Source: Trichomonas gallinae (Eukaryota). Taken from it: DNA of 44,301 nucleotides. The stretch lies in the NCBI GenBank assembly GCA_008369845.1, contig MRSU01004364.1, positions 1 to 44,301 of the forward strand, written 5' to 3'. A program made the translations under genes and the position numbers. The notes below the pieces were generated by a model. The model worked only from the letters and a program-made list of their open reading frames with translations. It was not told the DNA's origin and did no database searches. This document shows positions 29,701 through 38,500 of the stretch, piece by piece. Numbering within the stretch: position 1 is the stretch's first letter; each line of letters opens with the position of its first letter.

Positions 29701-31189
29701 AAATATAGCTGTTTTCTTCGATTCCATTATCAAAATTCTTGAGTTCAGTAGATGTTGTTTTAGGATTTTGAGTTGCATTGTATTTTTTCATTTTTGCAAT
29801 TAAATTTCCTTTTGGACTTAATTCAATTGGTGGAGTTGTTGCAGACTGTGGCATCTTTGGAGTCCTTCTTCCTGAAGCTCTTGTTGAATAAACATCTGAC
29901 TCAGGAATTGAAGCCAAGAAAAATCTGTCATCATCATATTTCTTCGCTGTGTTTGAATTGAAATAATTCGGCTTGTTTCTTAAACTTGATTTTCTCTGTC
30001 TGTTTTGCATATAATTATTATAAACTTTTAGAGGATTTGTCTTTTTAGGCTTGTATTGATTCGTATTATTGAAATCAGATAGAGATGGAATTTCAATTTC
30101 AGTAGATAATGCGCTGTTATACACATCTAGATCAATATTTTGTTCACTTTCACTATGTCCAAAATTAATCGAACTTTCTGGATCCAATTTATGGTATATT
30201 TTTAATCTAGCCATTCTCTTCTCTTTTAGCTTCTCTTCGAGCTGATGTTCTGGATTTTCATCATTTCTTTTAGATGATATTCTTTCAATTGACTCCAAAG
30301 CTTTTCTATCATCTTCAAACATATTTCTGAGTTCTTTATTAACATTATTATTAGCTTTTTTCTTTGTAGAACGAATTTTTCCGCGATTATTCGGATTTGG
30401 AAATTTTTCTTCCATTTTTTTCTTCTGAATGATATTTTTAGCGACATTCGGTGATTTTTGTTGCGATTTCGGTGGAGCTGACTTAGATCTTGAATTATCA
30501 ATTTTTCTTTTTGGAACTGAGTAAAACGATTGATTTTCTTCATCCTTAACTGGTGAGTTTTTGCGTGTATTTCCCATCCTTCCCGGTGGTAATTGCGATC
30601 CTTTTCTAACAGATAGTCTATATCGCCAACCAGTCATCTGTGATTGTTTTGATTTTGCTGTAGATGGCGTTTCGGATGGTGTAGGTGGGTTTTTACGTAG
30701 CTCAGAATCGACCTGTCTAATAATTTCAGGAGTATTTTCGATTTGCTTCATTTGGTTAACTTTTGAGTATTGTTTTTGTAGTTTTCTAGCAGAATTTAAC
30801 CCAGATCTCGCTGATAAAGCTGGAGAATTATATACAGAAGTCTTATTGCTTGGGTTTGTACTCCTAGATTGCCTCGAAGGCTGTGATACTCCATCATTTG
30901 GTTTCATGTTCGGATTTTTAAGATTTTCTAGCCAATGATCATAATCGTTATTTGTTTGTTTGTATAGAAGAGGCGAAATTCCGGTTGTATTGGCATATAA
31001 GAAACTATCTCCTTCCTGTGGTGTCATTTCTTTAAGAAGTATAGGTGAATTTTCTTGAAATTCCTCTTCCGGAATATCAAAAGAAATCATTTTTCCATCC
31101 TTGTTTGAGGGACCTTTTCTCCGTCCATCATTGAACAAGATCTGAAGGTCCTTCAGCCCAAGACCTTCTTGGGCTGAATTTCTCTTCAT
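17789..31189 (-). CDS. 4466-aa low-complexity, probably disordered protein with E/K/P/V-rich repeats; function unknown
   Basis: Uninterrupted 13.4-kb ORF. Basic S/K/P-rich N-terminus, D/E/N/Q/K-rich middle, EEEEKKE-x-(I/V)VVAP-x-PQ repeats, and a non-repetitive ~170-aa C-terminus. No signal peptide or TM segment visible. Confidence 0.9.
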   Translation of the reverse strand: MKRNSAQEGLGLKDLQILFNDGRRKGPSNKDGKMISFDIPEEEFQENSPILLKEMTPQEGDSFLYANTTGISPLLYKQTNNDYDHWLENLKNPNMKPNDGVSQPSRQSRSTNPSNKTSVYNSPALSARSGLNSARKLQKQYSKVNQMKQIENTPEIIRQVDSELRKNPPTPSETPSTAKSKQSQMTGWRYRLSVRKGSQLPPGRMGNTRKNSPVKDEENQSFYSVPKRKIDNSRSKSAPPKSQQKSPNVAKNIIQKKKMEEKFPNPNNRGKIRSTKKKANNNVNKELRNMFEDDRKALESIERISSKRNDENPEHQLEEKLKEKRMARLKIYHKLDPESSINFGHSESEQNIDLDVYNSALSTEIEIPSLSDFNNTNQYKPKKTNPLKVYNNYMQNRQRKSSLRNKPNYFNSNTAKKYDDDRFFLASIPESDVYSTRASGRRTPKMPQSATTPPIELSPKGNLIAKMKKYNATQNPKTTSTELKNFDNGIEENSYISTQSDFSKSTANEENGKYSKPRKTSETRKEIDHIDPIEVIKTPDDSILDDEIIKLANEIEEEQKSDSIKPAKKSNKSQRKIKPIKSNNTIKLSDILMSKDTIDNLLESVASTDSNILSSQKENSKSQKHDDNDENSYSSYQYPKGVQRKTTKKPIQSPQIDDNESIEQVKKHLSTLHGKTLEELSSDRIHSSSKHENPKGQNENDTKDPKLAENNSMQESSYVGTPEINTKRNPMKKIETPKEISSKIVKLDDGNSEDSVPSFNPESTTEPKQVNFNFETLEAGKVSIPSSMKKCEVPLLNLSDKPIFDSPMSQRVYTKGAISLPKQVYPSPEIKKQQEPFQTPQTTDMQSPRRHKDEQNDSIQDIDNKDSNHETKEIPKQQSINDVQHSNKSSNNEEKEQSDPMNHKIKNKSSHKDVKQQQIQKKLNNGIPNQSLIKDEKKQLEPIKEKDLPKLSEIIKNNLPIKSDDKQTDNINEIQSTSKSYEKPENKINQADKQIKNDDKSDIKSSNKINQNDKQTNNDNKSDVPKSKDTSAHDIKPDKKDNKSSSKLQLVVISDDKKTNKSYEQIKPEKSQPMKKKNEDDSKQQNNYVKSDNRSNHEKTNKPLDNQHQYDSKTDSNKLDKPKSQQEVKAKVEKTKELKNQISNDDKNSNKNDDKNSNKIQEDHQHNELKPASTPKKFTIENSSIYIEGSTPVKPETKFTFESPVVPIEVTPTITLDQKDFVTEIPKEKVAKTSGKRTRKSSAADNEEDQNSSEQINSVEKKKRITRSNNAKHSAQKAEKQITIDKSNLEQKEIPKPEIEDDQSNENSESNKDTKEEPQKPEDKHEEESPLKIIPSSVERKHKSRIPNQNNDEINQKSTEMNRRRSSKSTDEAPQDSKETSKDISTVAPVTIPTEENTTPHTNSKQNQDKYKEQSNINDDKSDTQESSQSNENPKNLEENSSESQTKTSKKHESDTILHDNKETAKDVSIVTTTSIPSDEKVSPQTDSQQNQESKEQSITNFEKVESKEIPQSNEKTKLDISEESSKSQATTSKKNESNKAPQDNKESAKASLQINPQQNQEKQQNNANAEKIESKVPKSIDESSKPLDTAHEKQETAVSQKEKPTNDENEVNDDNQVETIELEKNLDESQDHDLEPSTNQDKIATKGNEHETNSDIKDFDQKENIKNGNKQERIEIHESTVSLLPPTSDTASSKLKVDCSDDVSKNEKVIDGETKKENKLNDSETNKVSVDNKKDIIKTEPKNVDEAKIYVDQPVKNQEQKVHNQENKNTEKLQPNNDENQSKSKAKLPQQDDKDKHATNIDKPIKKDEQQKSENKMKSTTSAEKTNDNQKEYQPQDLSIGSVLNTAIADKLVKPAKEGTDKQENESNKVTYEEPAQIKIPQQNEAEERKIDEFPEQKESKPKVVYEVPAQFKFPEKTESDELKSKDKYEDPLQLQNPQKKEIAEKDTKHVYEEPAQMKLPFDSIEKYKDEQKDKDGKESFSLKGALMSSIKPIESSNNPDSDNQNKSDSKKEINESEKEKEKDKTSTDILAPSVVTNTTSKPNINSQNIQDKDISETIHPEKSQEEKSNINKSHQEQTKQNSKDSESSPNQPENLTKEVNKDLKNVEIDRHNSEKDNKNDSDEKTPQKLHDSTQDENDQNANIEVHDKSDAKSNEHEDDSKENHKTNVVAPLIIQKSETDENHSENVNNNNFGKQSEKADQLQNTEDKEKELIQKSKSSNSNNESKDSPTGKETKPEATQENEKSLDKQQIEEEKQQISEAPKADNLHQTDKKGIIESQAEQSDEIQQNRENPNSVQSNDNTNIDNDMKEKVQDKNTTVFAPIIINKSIEKHPDSESKLSIENQNESGENKQNDKPEEKANNKEQLDSNDIQEGKTDASENPDDKKTADSMPQKNEPENNEIKDKNASSKTDDTAKENEKQTDESNKEENENNESKSDLKDVPVSDPAKEEKSPTENHESQKESTDEKLVPETENIEKQEQIPEEKTVTQENNVKSQSTKDDQINDDKHAKCSAENEPKSTDIEKELEKNDINQESEKNDKPKEYHSEDQLQQKDEDKKNANPFEQDNELHSKHDAVPKAEKEKILPGPQENNEENADKQFDKIDETKQEDNQQKADHNVPDQKENPSQDDDQKEKNKETRNPEEFASSKQNETDKDDALQNDASNMEAIPQKENENAKSEAKSKIEEIKEDSISPANEIKQDTENSKEQQLESSPTVVPAETENNKMQENTEHIDVQDKQLQQNEEEDQKEDNEHKLSDDKSKLSEKSNNVAIPSTKSFEQKNEEDKPEAKEESETSNKEMKQDNANAKEMEPNNFIEKVKTSENQSISPADTKTEPNANKEEIEPDDESTNMSAIHEEELNELVIHNEKGDDNEKKDDTNNEDKASQSVQNESIDRNEDIKTSNAVNNSDDELKKLPVDDQTNEAGHEQKEHEIQTDIKHDEDRDKNQQVEEDKNDDEKKIDQPNQEESKSVFEPKSDNYSRTIEQHPEKSNEKDDKSEEIHQNNEEEEKANIITISQAQSEESANVDETQPKPFNEEKDKEDIPQEQQKEETENNNESKPSNETIISKLHEEKDKNDAFKSSPEEEEERKEAIIVSPKPQKDSDNKVENKSNEEKEVKKDSQIVDENKGDSLISKAQHQQQSEEENQNEGNKLNENEKEEQEESLYVVTKPKSLPTDEQQKPSEEEQTSDQVQHELVEKDKQHEEEVKLPIKENHENPDFISSEQQKPTEDHNSNEEEDTKEEKQPSEVEDKKDTIPVIAGTSKPDLTKNKSDDKNEPIPAEDNNQLNEDAQPKKEEHEEHSPSALQESNEKPTLNDQDNKQNIKEEEKKEDAQSKPVEDNDTTQNEKKVINETKEENKQQTKEKIQSKEEETNENLEAAIVSSQSKSEKDENEDIQPNEEEQRKELVVFPCKTNKKEDEETPQQELGDENNDEEKSSIEDKNDQPEPAVIRVEDEKELNHEPEVNKEENEPKNSSEEGEQKSIVDIQQKHEEEDKNEEKLQNEEKKEEKEPTAVPTPQPNSTENIQLKHEKEDKTEDKEANDDEANDSAAAIVAFPPEQNENDDQLREVENKEESPIQKPEEEEKLNEEEEEKNDQLPAVVIPSKQESIEDEQVKSPEEEEQKDNSVIDSQQNHEEDMKDVMQPTEEEEKKETNVPVPGSKPNENEKYAENNQSKHVEEGKKEESPQQLHDEEEEDRKDENQAKSEEEKKEQIVVVPDAQQKQSKVEEKHKENSQARNEEEEEEKEKYVVAPLPQQETLHNVKVIENDQPKQEEKEEKKETTVPVPTPEFKSIDKDLENEQSKHEEGDKKEETKEIEEKEKKEEPLQPNHEADDKKEEYKPTEEEEKKETIEVAPLPQSETNDSENVTEKDQNKQEEEEDKKETIVHVPTSESKPNEDENNQLKHEEKEKKEESKEKSEEEDKKAPVVVAPAPQPIQKETEEENPQQKHEEEEEKKEKLVDAKHEEEDKKDDKTNEEEEKKNENPPIIILVPQQDLNQEKESQLNENSEKNHVEEEYQKEETTKPKAGNEEMHKEEEENKEEKQPKEQKNDLPAFIMIPTHPNDNEAEPVKEEIKSEPDQAKAAEEEEIKEETPQKKHEEEDKKEESHANEEEEEKETIVFAPAPQPKPSEDKCIIEDKLRGTEEETLQPNHEEEDKMEIKPTEEEEKKEKIEVAPLSRPETADKENFIKKDQNKQDEANKKEEEEKKESTVIVAPSQPKPNGDKSKEEKTRQKHEEKEDKKEEKQPNEEEEEKKEPPPVIVKPIPKQVDEHALSEDPKKKVHIKKTTSQSSLPPLSPRTRYQSEAPLDVEEETENKLLQSSRMRRTARGGMPTHHVVFKPQNYDRNVSRPRETLIMDSQSLRSLYLGSRQVGNGEETSLAPVNNNNDAYQEMQTQELMRNKPKHLSFASLQQLAHMDTVMKNTLTPEKRPSSQAREQNQGNQEDKPKKPSHRTVLRNID
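18370..20950 (-). repeat. Degenerate coding repeat array (QPxEEEEKKExxVVAPxPQ / KHEEEDKKEE)
   Basis: Recurring motif in the translation. Near-identical nucleotide blocks at ~18640-18730 and ~19600-19700 (TAATGGAGCAACTTCAATT...TCGTGATTTGGTTGTAAAG). Confidence 0.8.
27715..27760 (-). repeat. 24-bp tandem duplication encoding NDDKNSNK x2
   Basis: TTGTTTGAATTCTT(A/G)TCATCATT occurs twice in tandem. Confidence 0.85.
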
Positions 31190-31831
31190 AAAATTTTGGA
31201 TGTTTTTTATTTTTTTTTAGTCGCATTTTTCAACGGAAACCGAATTTTTAGTGATAAAATAGAACATATATGTGGAATCTTTTCTGAAATTTTGTTTTCA
31301 AGGATTAATTGTCACTTTTTAATCCAATTTAATAAATGTTTTTTATCGAAAAAAACTTATTAACCTTGATCTATTGTAGCTAAAACAACTGACATATCAA
31401 CCGAGCCAATTCTATTGATTCTACCGAGATTCCCCAATAAAAATCATAAATATTTTGAAAATCACATTCAATTATTATCATTTATTAGATAAAATCTTAA
31501 TGAAATACCCAAATATTATTACAGACTACATAACGCTGCGTTAAAATCAATATAGTTTCCTTTATTATAAGTTGGGTTATTTGGCTCACATTTAAATAAC
31601 AGACAGTTTAGCTTAGTTAACGAAATATCTCAAAGTACAAAAGGAAAACCTATAATATTACAAAATTGCTTTAAATTTAATTTAATAAATTTTTACCTTA
31701 CTTAAACAGCTTAACAAATCTACCATGATTTCAACACAGGATATTATTGATATACAAATATTTAAATTAAATATTATAATGATTTAATAAAAGATCGTAT
31801 ATTTAAAGTGAATGCTGTAAAGGCCATGTAC

Positions 31832-32495
31832 TTAGGAATACGGGCTTTTTGATAACCTGGGCAAGATTATAGACACTCGCATGATTGAGGCCTGTTCTAT
31901 TTTATGGGAATTAAGTCCAAGAGAATAAAGCATTAGATATGTTATAGCAGAACCTAAACTATTGGTATCATTTGATAAATGGCACATGACCAAAACAGAA
32001 ACTGGGTTGAAAAGTGGCGACTTTGAAATGTTTTTCAACAAGCAGTGCTCTAGCAGCACGAAGTTAGAGTTTGGCTCCAGGAAGTATGATCCGCACGATA
32101 TATCTATGAAGCTTGACCTTGCCAAGTAACTTTCGACTGTTGATGATATATATTCTAATGTTTGCTGATGCATTGCAGTTTTTGAACTGCGAATATCGTA
32201 CTTCATGATTCGTTGCTCCATTTGCAATACAAAGTAGCGCGTAGATCTTTGTTGATGCATGCGACATATTCACACTATTCACTTTTATATCACCTCCATC
32301 AATATAAGCTTGTCCATTTGATCTACTTGATTTTCCTGCGAAAAGAATTGACGTGTCATTTATGTAGTTTTTCATGTCTACACTCTTTATAGTTTGAACG
32401 TAAGAGTGTGCTCCGTTACCTGAAGAATACTTTTGCTAAAATATTTTAAGTACTACTTTTACACGATCGGAAAACAATACTTTGTTTGACAACAT
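31832..32495 (-). pseudogene. 5'-damaged, frameshifted member of the same beta-helix family as 1674-2655
   Basis: Minus frame reads GNGAHSYVQT...KNYINDTSILFAG...AYIDGGDIKVNSVNMS...VRYSQFKNCNA, which aligns by eye to SNGVYCYVDV...SNKIIRSTITESG...FYFQNGAITILLTNES...VKYSTFAEN. In-frame TAG at 32436-32438. Probable frameshift at the (AT)4 tract 32146-32153 joins ORFs 32064-32375 and 31832-32260. Confidence 0.65.
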
Positions 32496-32595
32496 TTATA
32501 AATCAATAATATTGCAATTTGAACAAAAATTAGATAATTATTTTTTATTTATGGTAATAATGCATTTCATTAATGAAAGAAATAGAAATAGATAT

Positions 32596-35500
32596 TTATT
32601 CAAGTTTGTTTTCATCAATAACAAATGGTGCAATAATAATTCTGTTTGATGTAACTGCAATAACTACAGAAGAAAGTGGTAAAAACTGGACACATTTGAT
32701 TTCTTCACCAGCATCTATCACTGGGAATCCGATTTTTCCGAAATAAGCTTCGAAAATGAAAACTCTTCCGTCTGTTGTTCCGAGAATGATGAAGTCGAAT
32801 GACTTCTGGCTCTTGAACGATGACCAGCAAGCGATGTCGAAGTCAACGTTGATGTGCCTGATCTGCATTCCATTGATATTGAAAATGTCAATGTAGTGAT
32901 TCCTAATGCCGTCGATGATAATATCACCGTAGACACAAACGAAGCCCCATGCACCAGTCACCAAAAGATGGCGTGGTGTTGTTTCGATTTCTACTACACG
33001 ATATGTTTCGTTTGTTGCGAGAGAAGTGAAAAGAAGAGCATTGTCTGATGTTCCGCAGATAACTGTGTGGAATTCATCTGAAATGCAGACACAGTTTATG
33101 CTGCTTCTGTAGCTAGGAATTGACGATATTTCAACCTTCAAGTTTTGCTTCTTGAAAATGTGGACGCGAGCATCTTCACTGGCAACAGCAAGATATCCAC
33201 GCGATGCAGAGATAGAAGAAACTAGTTGACGTGGACGAGGAAGAATCTCACAGGCCCCTGTTGTAGTCAAAAATGCAATAATATCATAGCGAGAATTTCC
33301 GATACCAACGAAAAGCTTTGAGCCCAAACTAACGCATTCGCAAATATCCAATGGAATCATTCCTTTTGTAGAATTGGAGTTGAACTCAAATGTTGTGCCT
33401 GTGTTTTGCATCGAGATTGTTACTTTAGTTAACATATCAGCTGCCAAAACATCCAATATAACTTTACCACGTTCAACCTCTTCAATGCTGCAAAATGATG
33501 CTGGATACAAAACGAGATTCTTCTGGATGAACCTTGATATGCATGAGGTTACTCTCTTGTTCAATGTCTTCTTCGCATGAGCATCATCAAATAACTGCGG
33601 TGGAATTTGACCCACCAAGTTTATCATCGATTCGATTTCGTTGATTCTCAATGAATTTTCGCTCTTGTTTGCTGCTTCTTGCTTCCAAATCGTGTCATAC
33701 ATTTCGTGCTTGAAGATGTTATCATATTTAGCAGCCATTTCTCCTCTTTGCTTGTATCCCCAGACTAAATCAATCCAGTCATTGAGAGTTGCGGATACAA
33801 TATCGCTCTCGAGGAATTTGCGCATCTTGTAAACGAAATCAGTTGCATTCTTCGACCATGGGGGAAGATTGACATCGTTAACTCTCTGTCCTTCTGTTTT
33901 TCCGAGATCGAATTTGTCGATGTTCATCAAAAACTCTGGCATACAGTAAAACTCTGGTACTAATTCTCTGTAATCGTTCATCTGAGTATTGACACTCTTA
34001 TATGCACCAGAGATGCTCAAAAACAATCTCGCAGCATTATCGAATCTTCCACTTTGTATTTCGATGTGCAAAGTTGTGAATGGCTCCATTCTCAGCAAAT
34101 ACAAATACAAGCTTAATGGTGTAATATAATATGATGAATAAAGGAAAGCAGGAACACCGAATTGTATCAAATCTTTCAGTCTGCTCTTCAAGTCTTGCAG
34201 TCTTTCTTCACCGAGAGCACCAATTGGTCTTGTTAAATCGCGATAAAACTTTGGATCGTTTATGTCGATTTTATCTGATGTGTAATCTTTGATAACCCAT
34301 GGTAAGAATGGATACTGAGCGCTGTCGTTGAAAGAGCGGCCACTGTAGAGGTTCAATAGCATCAAATAATCGAAGTTGCTGATGTCCCCATTCACCCATT
34401 TATCTGTGAAACCGAAGCTGTGGAAGAATTCTCCGTAGTTATCAGTTGCTTGTATCTTTGTTGAAAGTGAGGAATACTGACGACGAAGTTCTTTGATTAT
34501 ACCTAAACCAGTGAAATTCATGAAGTTCACAAAGTATGTCTGACCGTTGTATGTAAAGATTTCAACAGCTGTCGGTCTGTGGATTTTCCTTCTCAATAAA
34601 ATCTTCTCGATATCATTGATTTTGATTAGTATTGAGCGTTTCTTATCGATTCTTATACGAAGATGGTCTTCAAGCATTTCGAAGAAACCTGTCTTTTCGC
34701 CTTTGATTGTCACAAGTTCGCATTCTGTGCTGAATATAATGCGGAATTCGGAATTATTGTCATTGTTAAATGTTTTCTCGTTTTCGACAATATCAAGTGG
34801 ATGCAAAATTCTATCTTTATGTTGTACTTTTGGTGCTGGCTCGAAAACTGCACCAGAGTCACGAAGTTCTGAAGCGATTTTGTGGCTGTCGAAATTTTTA
34901 TTTCTCTTCAACAAAACTTGGCAATTGTTGCCGCAAATAATTGGGGCAAGTTTGTAGTGTTTCTTGACATTTGTTTTAGACCGTGGATCCCATGGAGCGT
35001 TTTCTATTGTCATGTGTGACCATTTAACTCTCCATGACTTTGAGCCTTCTTCAAGCTCTTCTTTGATTCTTTCCTGTGTTTCGAATGCGTTTGAACTTGA
35101 GAATTCTTCAAGATCTTTTGGCTTCAATGTGAATATTTCAGTTGCCTTTCTGAATGCTTCTGAACGGATGGATCTTAATCCATCGATCAATCTTGCTGTG
35201 TTATCACAAACTTCATGATAGAAAAGTGAGTTTCTGATTTCGATTAAGCATTGTTTTCCTTCAGCGAAGTCTTTGTATGCTGATGGTGTATCTTCGAATG
35301 CTTTCAAAAATTCATCTTGTGGATGATTTGTTCTGACTAAGAATCCGCAAACTAAGAAACAAAAATCAACAAAACCTGGCAATTTCGTTGCCATTTGAAC
35401 GCGAAGAGTTTTTGCTGCAATTTCGTGATCAATCCAGTCACAATCTATGCTGATTCTCAAACCGATTGAATACTGTAATGAAGGAACTCTAGTGTCAAAA

Positions 35501-38500
35501 ACAATTCTTTCAATATCTACACTTTCTGCTTCATTTTTATCTTCGACACCAGCTGAAAGCCAGATTTCATTTGCTTCAAAAGTATCCCACTGGTCAACTG
35601 TTGAAACTTCACGGAATTGCGGCGTGATTTTAGTAGGCAATGGAACTTCAATTCCTTCTTTCTTGAGAAGCTCAACAAGAATTGGATTGTGTGTCTGTGA
35701 ATCTCTGAAGAACAAATAAGTTGAAAGCATCATGAACAGAATTTCGCAATCAGTTGTTCTTAGTTTGACTCTTCCTGAGAGGACTAAGCTCAAAATAATA
35801 TTCAAGTAAACTGATTTGACATCTTCATTTGGCTTTTCGAATGCTCTGCAAACATGCTCAATTACAGTGTAAATTGTTAACCATTCTTTTGCAGAACATA
35901 AAGCTAAGAATTCTAAAATCATGTGCATGAGCTCTTCACTTGAATTAACAGCAGCCACAACAGCCCAGATGCACCAATTTCTTGGAATGCAGAAATCTGG
36001 ATCTGGTTCTAATCTTTCCAGCAACATCCTCATGTTTTCTTCAGCTCCAAGTCTATTTGCTATATAGCAACAAATTGTGAATAATTCAGGTGCATTTGGT
36101 TGTGTGATGATAGAAATCTTCATCAACATTCCTTGAGTTAAAGCTCCTTTCTTTAATTCGTGGAAAATCATCTCTAAATGTTCTTGGACACTGCAGCTCT
36201 TGATTATTCCTGAATGATGAATTTGAACAATTAATTCCATAGCAGCTGTTGAAACGAATTCATCCGAGTTCAATAGTAATGAATGAAGTCCGCAATAAGC
36301 AGCTGATGAATCAAAGAAAGAAGCAGCCATGCTCGATTGTGTTGAGAAATTGTTAAGCAAAAGCAGTAAGTCGTAAACTTGATTATGGTCAATGCATGAC
36401 ATGCACTGACTAAGCAACAACTTGAAATCAGAAACATTCAAGTGCTGCATGTAATTTTCTGAAATAATACTCATTATATGGTGCCTTATAGAAGTTATTG
36501 TCTTCATGTCAGATTTTCTCTCCAAGTCACCTCTAATCAATTGTGTTTCTAATGGAAGATACCAACAATATATTCTCATACAATTCAATAACGTGGAACA
36601 TGAGAGAAAAGTAATGATTGTTGGACCAGCAATTGGGAAAAGTGTTGTCTTCCAATGTGATGAAATCTTGAAGAAATGAAGTGGATCACCGCTCATCCAT
36701 AATTCGAAGTTCAGCAATATATAATGCAAAATATCAATTCTTAAGTTTTCATTTGACAAATCAATGAAAACATTGTAGAATAAAATATATGTGTCATAAT
36801 CAAATCCTGAATATTTTGAGGATAACAAAAGATGAGCGATAATCTCAAATCCATGTTCTTGGTGGAAATTCTTCTCTTGTTCTTCATTGGAGGTAATTGT
36901 GTTCTTGATTAAATTCAAAACAGTTGACAAACGGTTTGATGTGTTTCCATTTGCATCTTTGAGATCAAGCTGAGCAAAAAGTGGCAACAAAACATCCAAT
37001 TTACAGATTCTTATAATTGTCTCAGCAAAATTCAGCTGTGAAACAGTTTTTGTTGTCAATGAGCATAAATCAATAATTTCGTTTGCATTCTTGTAAAATA
37101 AATTAGAAATTCCTGGCGCATCGTTGTTCCTTGGACCTAGCTGGAAAATTGATTTGATTTGGCTTGAAGACAATGAATTAAATAATCCATGTGAGCCAAT
37201 TTCACCACATTTAGCCTGGCTTCCGCCGATTTTAATTGTCAAATTCTTGGAGTTGATTGGATTCAAAACAGCATCAAATTTTGCGATGCTTTTACCATCA
37301 AGGAAAACATCAAGTGTTCCTGCTTTGTAAGTTAATGCAATAAAGAACCATTTCTTCATTGGGAGTTCTTCGACTAACACGCCATTGTCCCAAATAAGTT
37401 TGTTATTCTTAAAGTTAAATGCGATATATGATGTTTTTTCTTCAAATATTTCAAATAACCTTGAAAATGCAACTAAATCCAAATATACCCAACTTGTAAA
37501 TGTAAATCCATCATTTGGATTGAAAGCTCCATTCATCTTGACTTCTATTGCAAACAATGGCTCTAAAGGAATTGTTTCTTTTGGAACAACTAAGTTGTTT
37601 TGGAGCCAATCTGACAAAACTTTAAGATACATATCATAATATTTTGATAAAACTCCATTTTGAGAACAGAACAACGATATATATTTGTTAACAATAATTG
37701 GCGAAGAAATAACTGATCCAATTTTATGAAGCAAAGATAATATTTGATCAACCAATTCGTCATCAATTGTTTTTCCGTTTCTTTCTTCCAATAATTTTTG
37801 CGTCAAATATAAATTAACATCAGCTCTGTGTGCAGAAACGCAGTTTAAGTCTGAATAATTGCATAATGATGAAATATAGTCAAGAACTTTCGTTGTGAAT
37901 AATGGATAGAAAATGTTAACAAGCATCTTAAAAATCAAAGGATATTTGATGATTTTCTTTTCTTCATCTTTCTGATCGAAAATTAATTTCTGCAATTTTT
38001 CGAATAAAACCGAATCAAGTGTAGATTTTTCGAGCATGTGTTGATAAATTAGCATAAGTTCATCTGAAGGCTCAGCAACCATGCTAATTGATACAACATA
38101 TTGATTAACATCATCAATTGAAATGACATTGAAAAGTTGTTCATTCTTTGATAAACCAGTAATAAATGATTGCAAAATTCTGTCTACTAAAGGAGAAAGA
38201 TTTGTGAGAACTGCACGATCAACCATTGCAAAATCAATAAATTCTTTGACAGTGTCAAATGCGAAAGTGTCAGGAAACTCGCTACACTTTTTGGTCAAAA
38301 ATGTTCTGACAGAAACAATGAATTCTGTTGATGGCTGTTTCGACAAGAAAGAGGAAATAATTGGTAAAACATTTGGCTTTGTCGATGGATAGTTAATTAA
38401 ATTAACATAAAAATTGGAAAACTCAGAAGTAGCGAAAGCGAATTTTTGCATTATTCCTTCTTTGAGAATCTCATTGATCAATCTTAAGAATGCAATCTTT

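Noticed and set aside
17977..30938. Alternative-frame K/M/R-rich and antisense ORFs inside the 4466-aa gene
   Set aside because: Expected by-products of GAA/AAA/GAT-rich low-complexity coding sequence.
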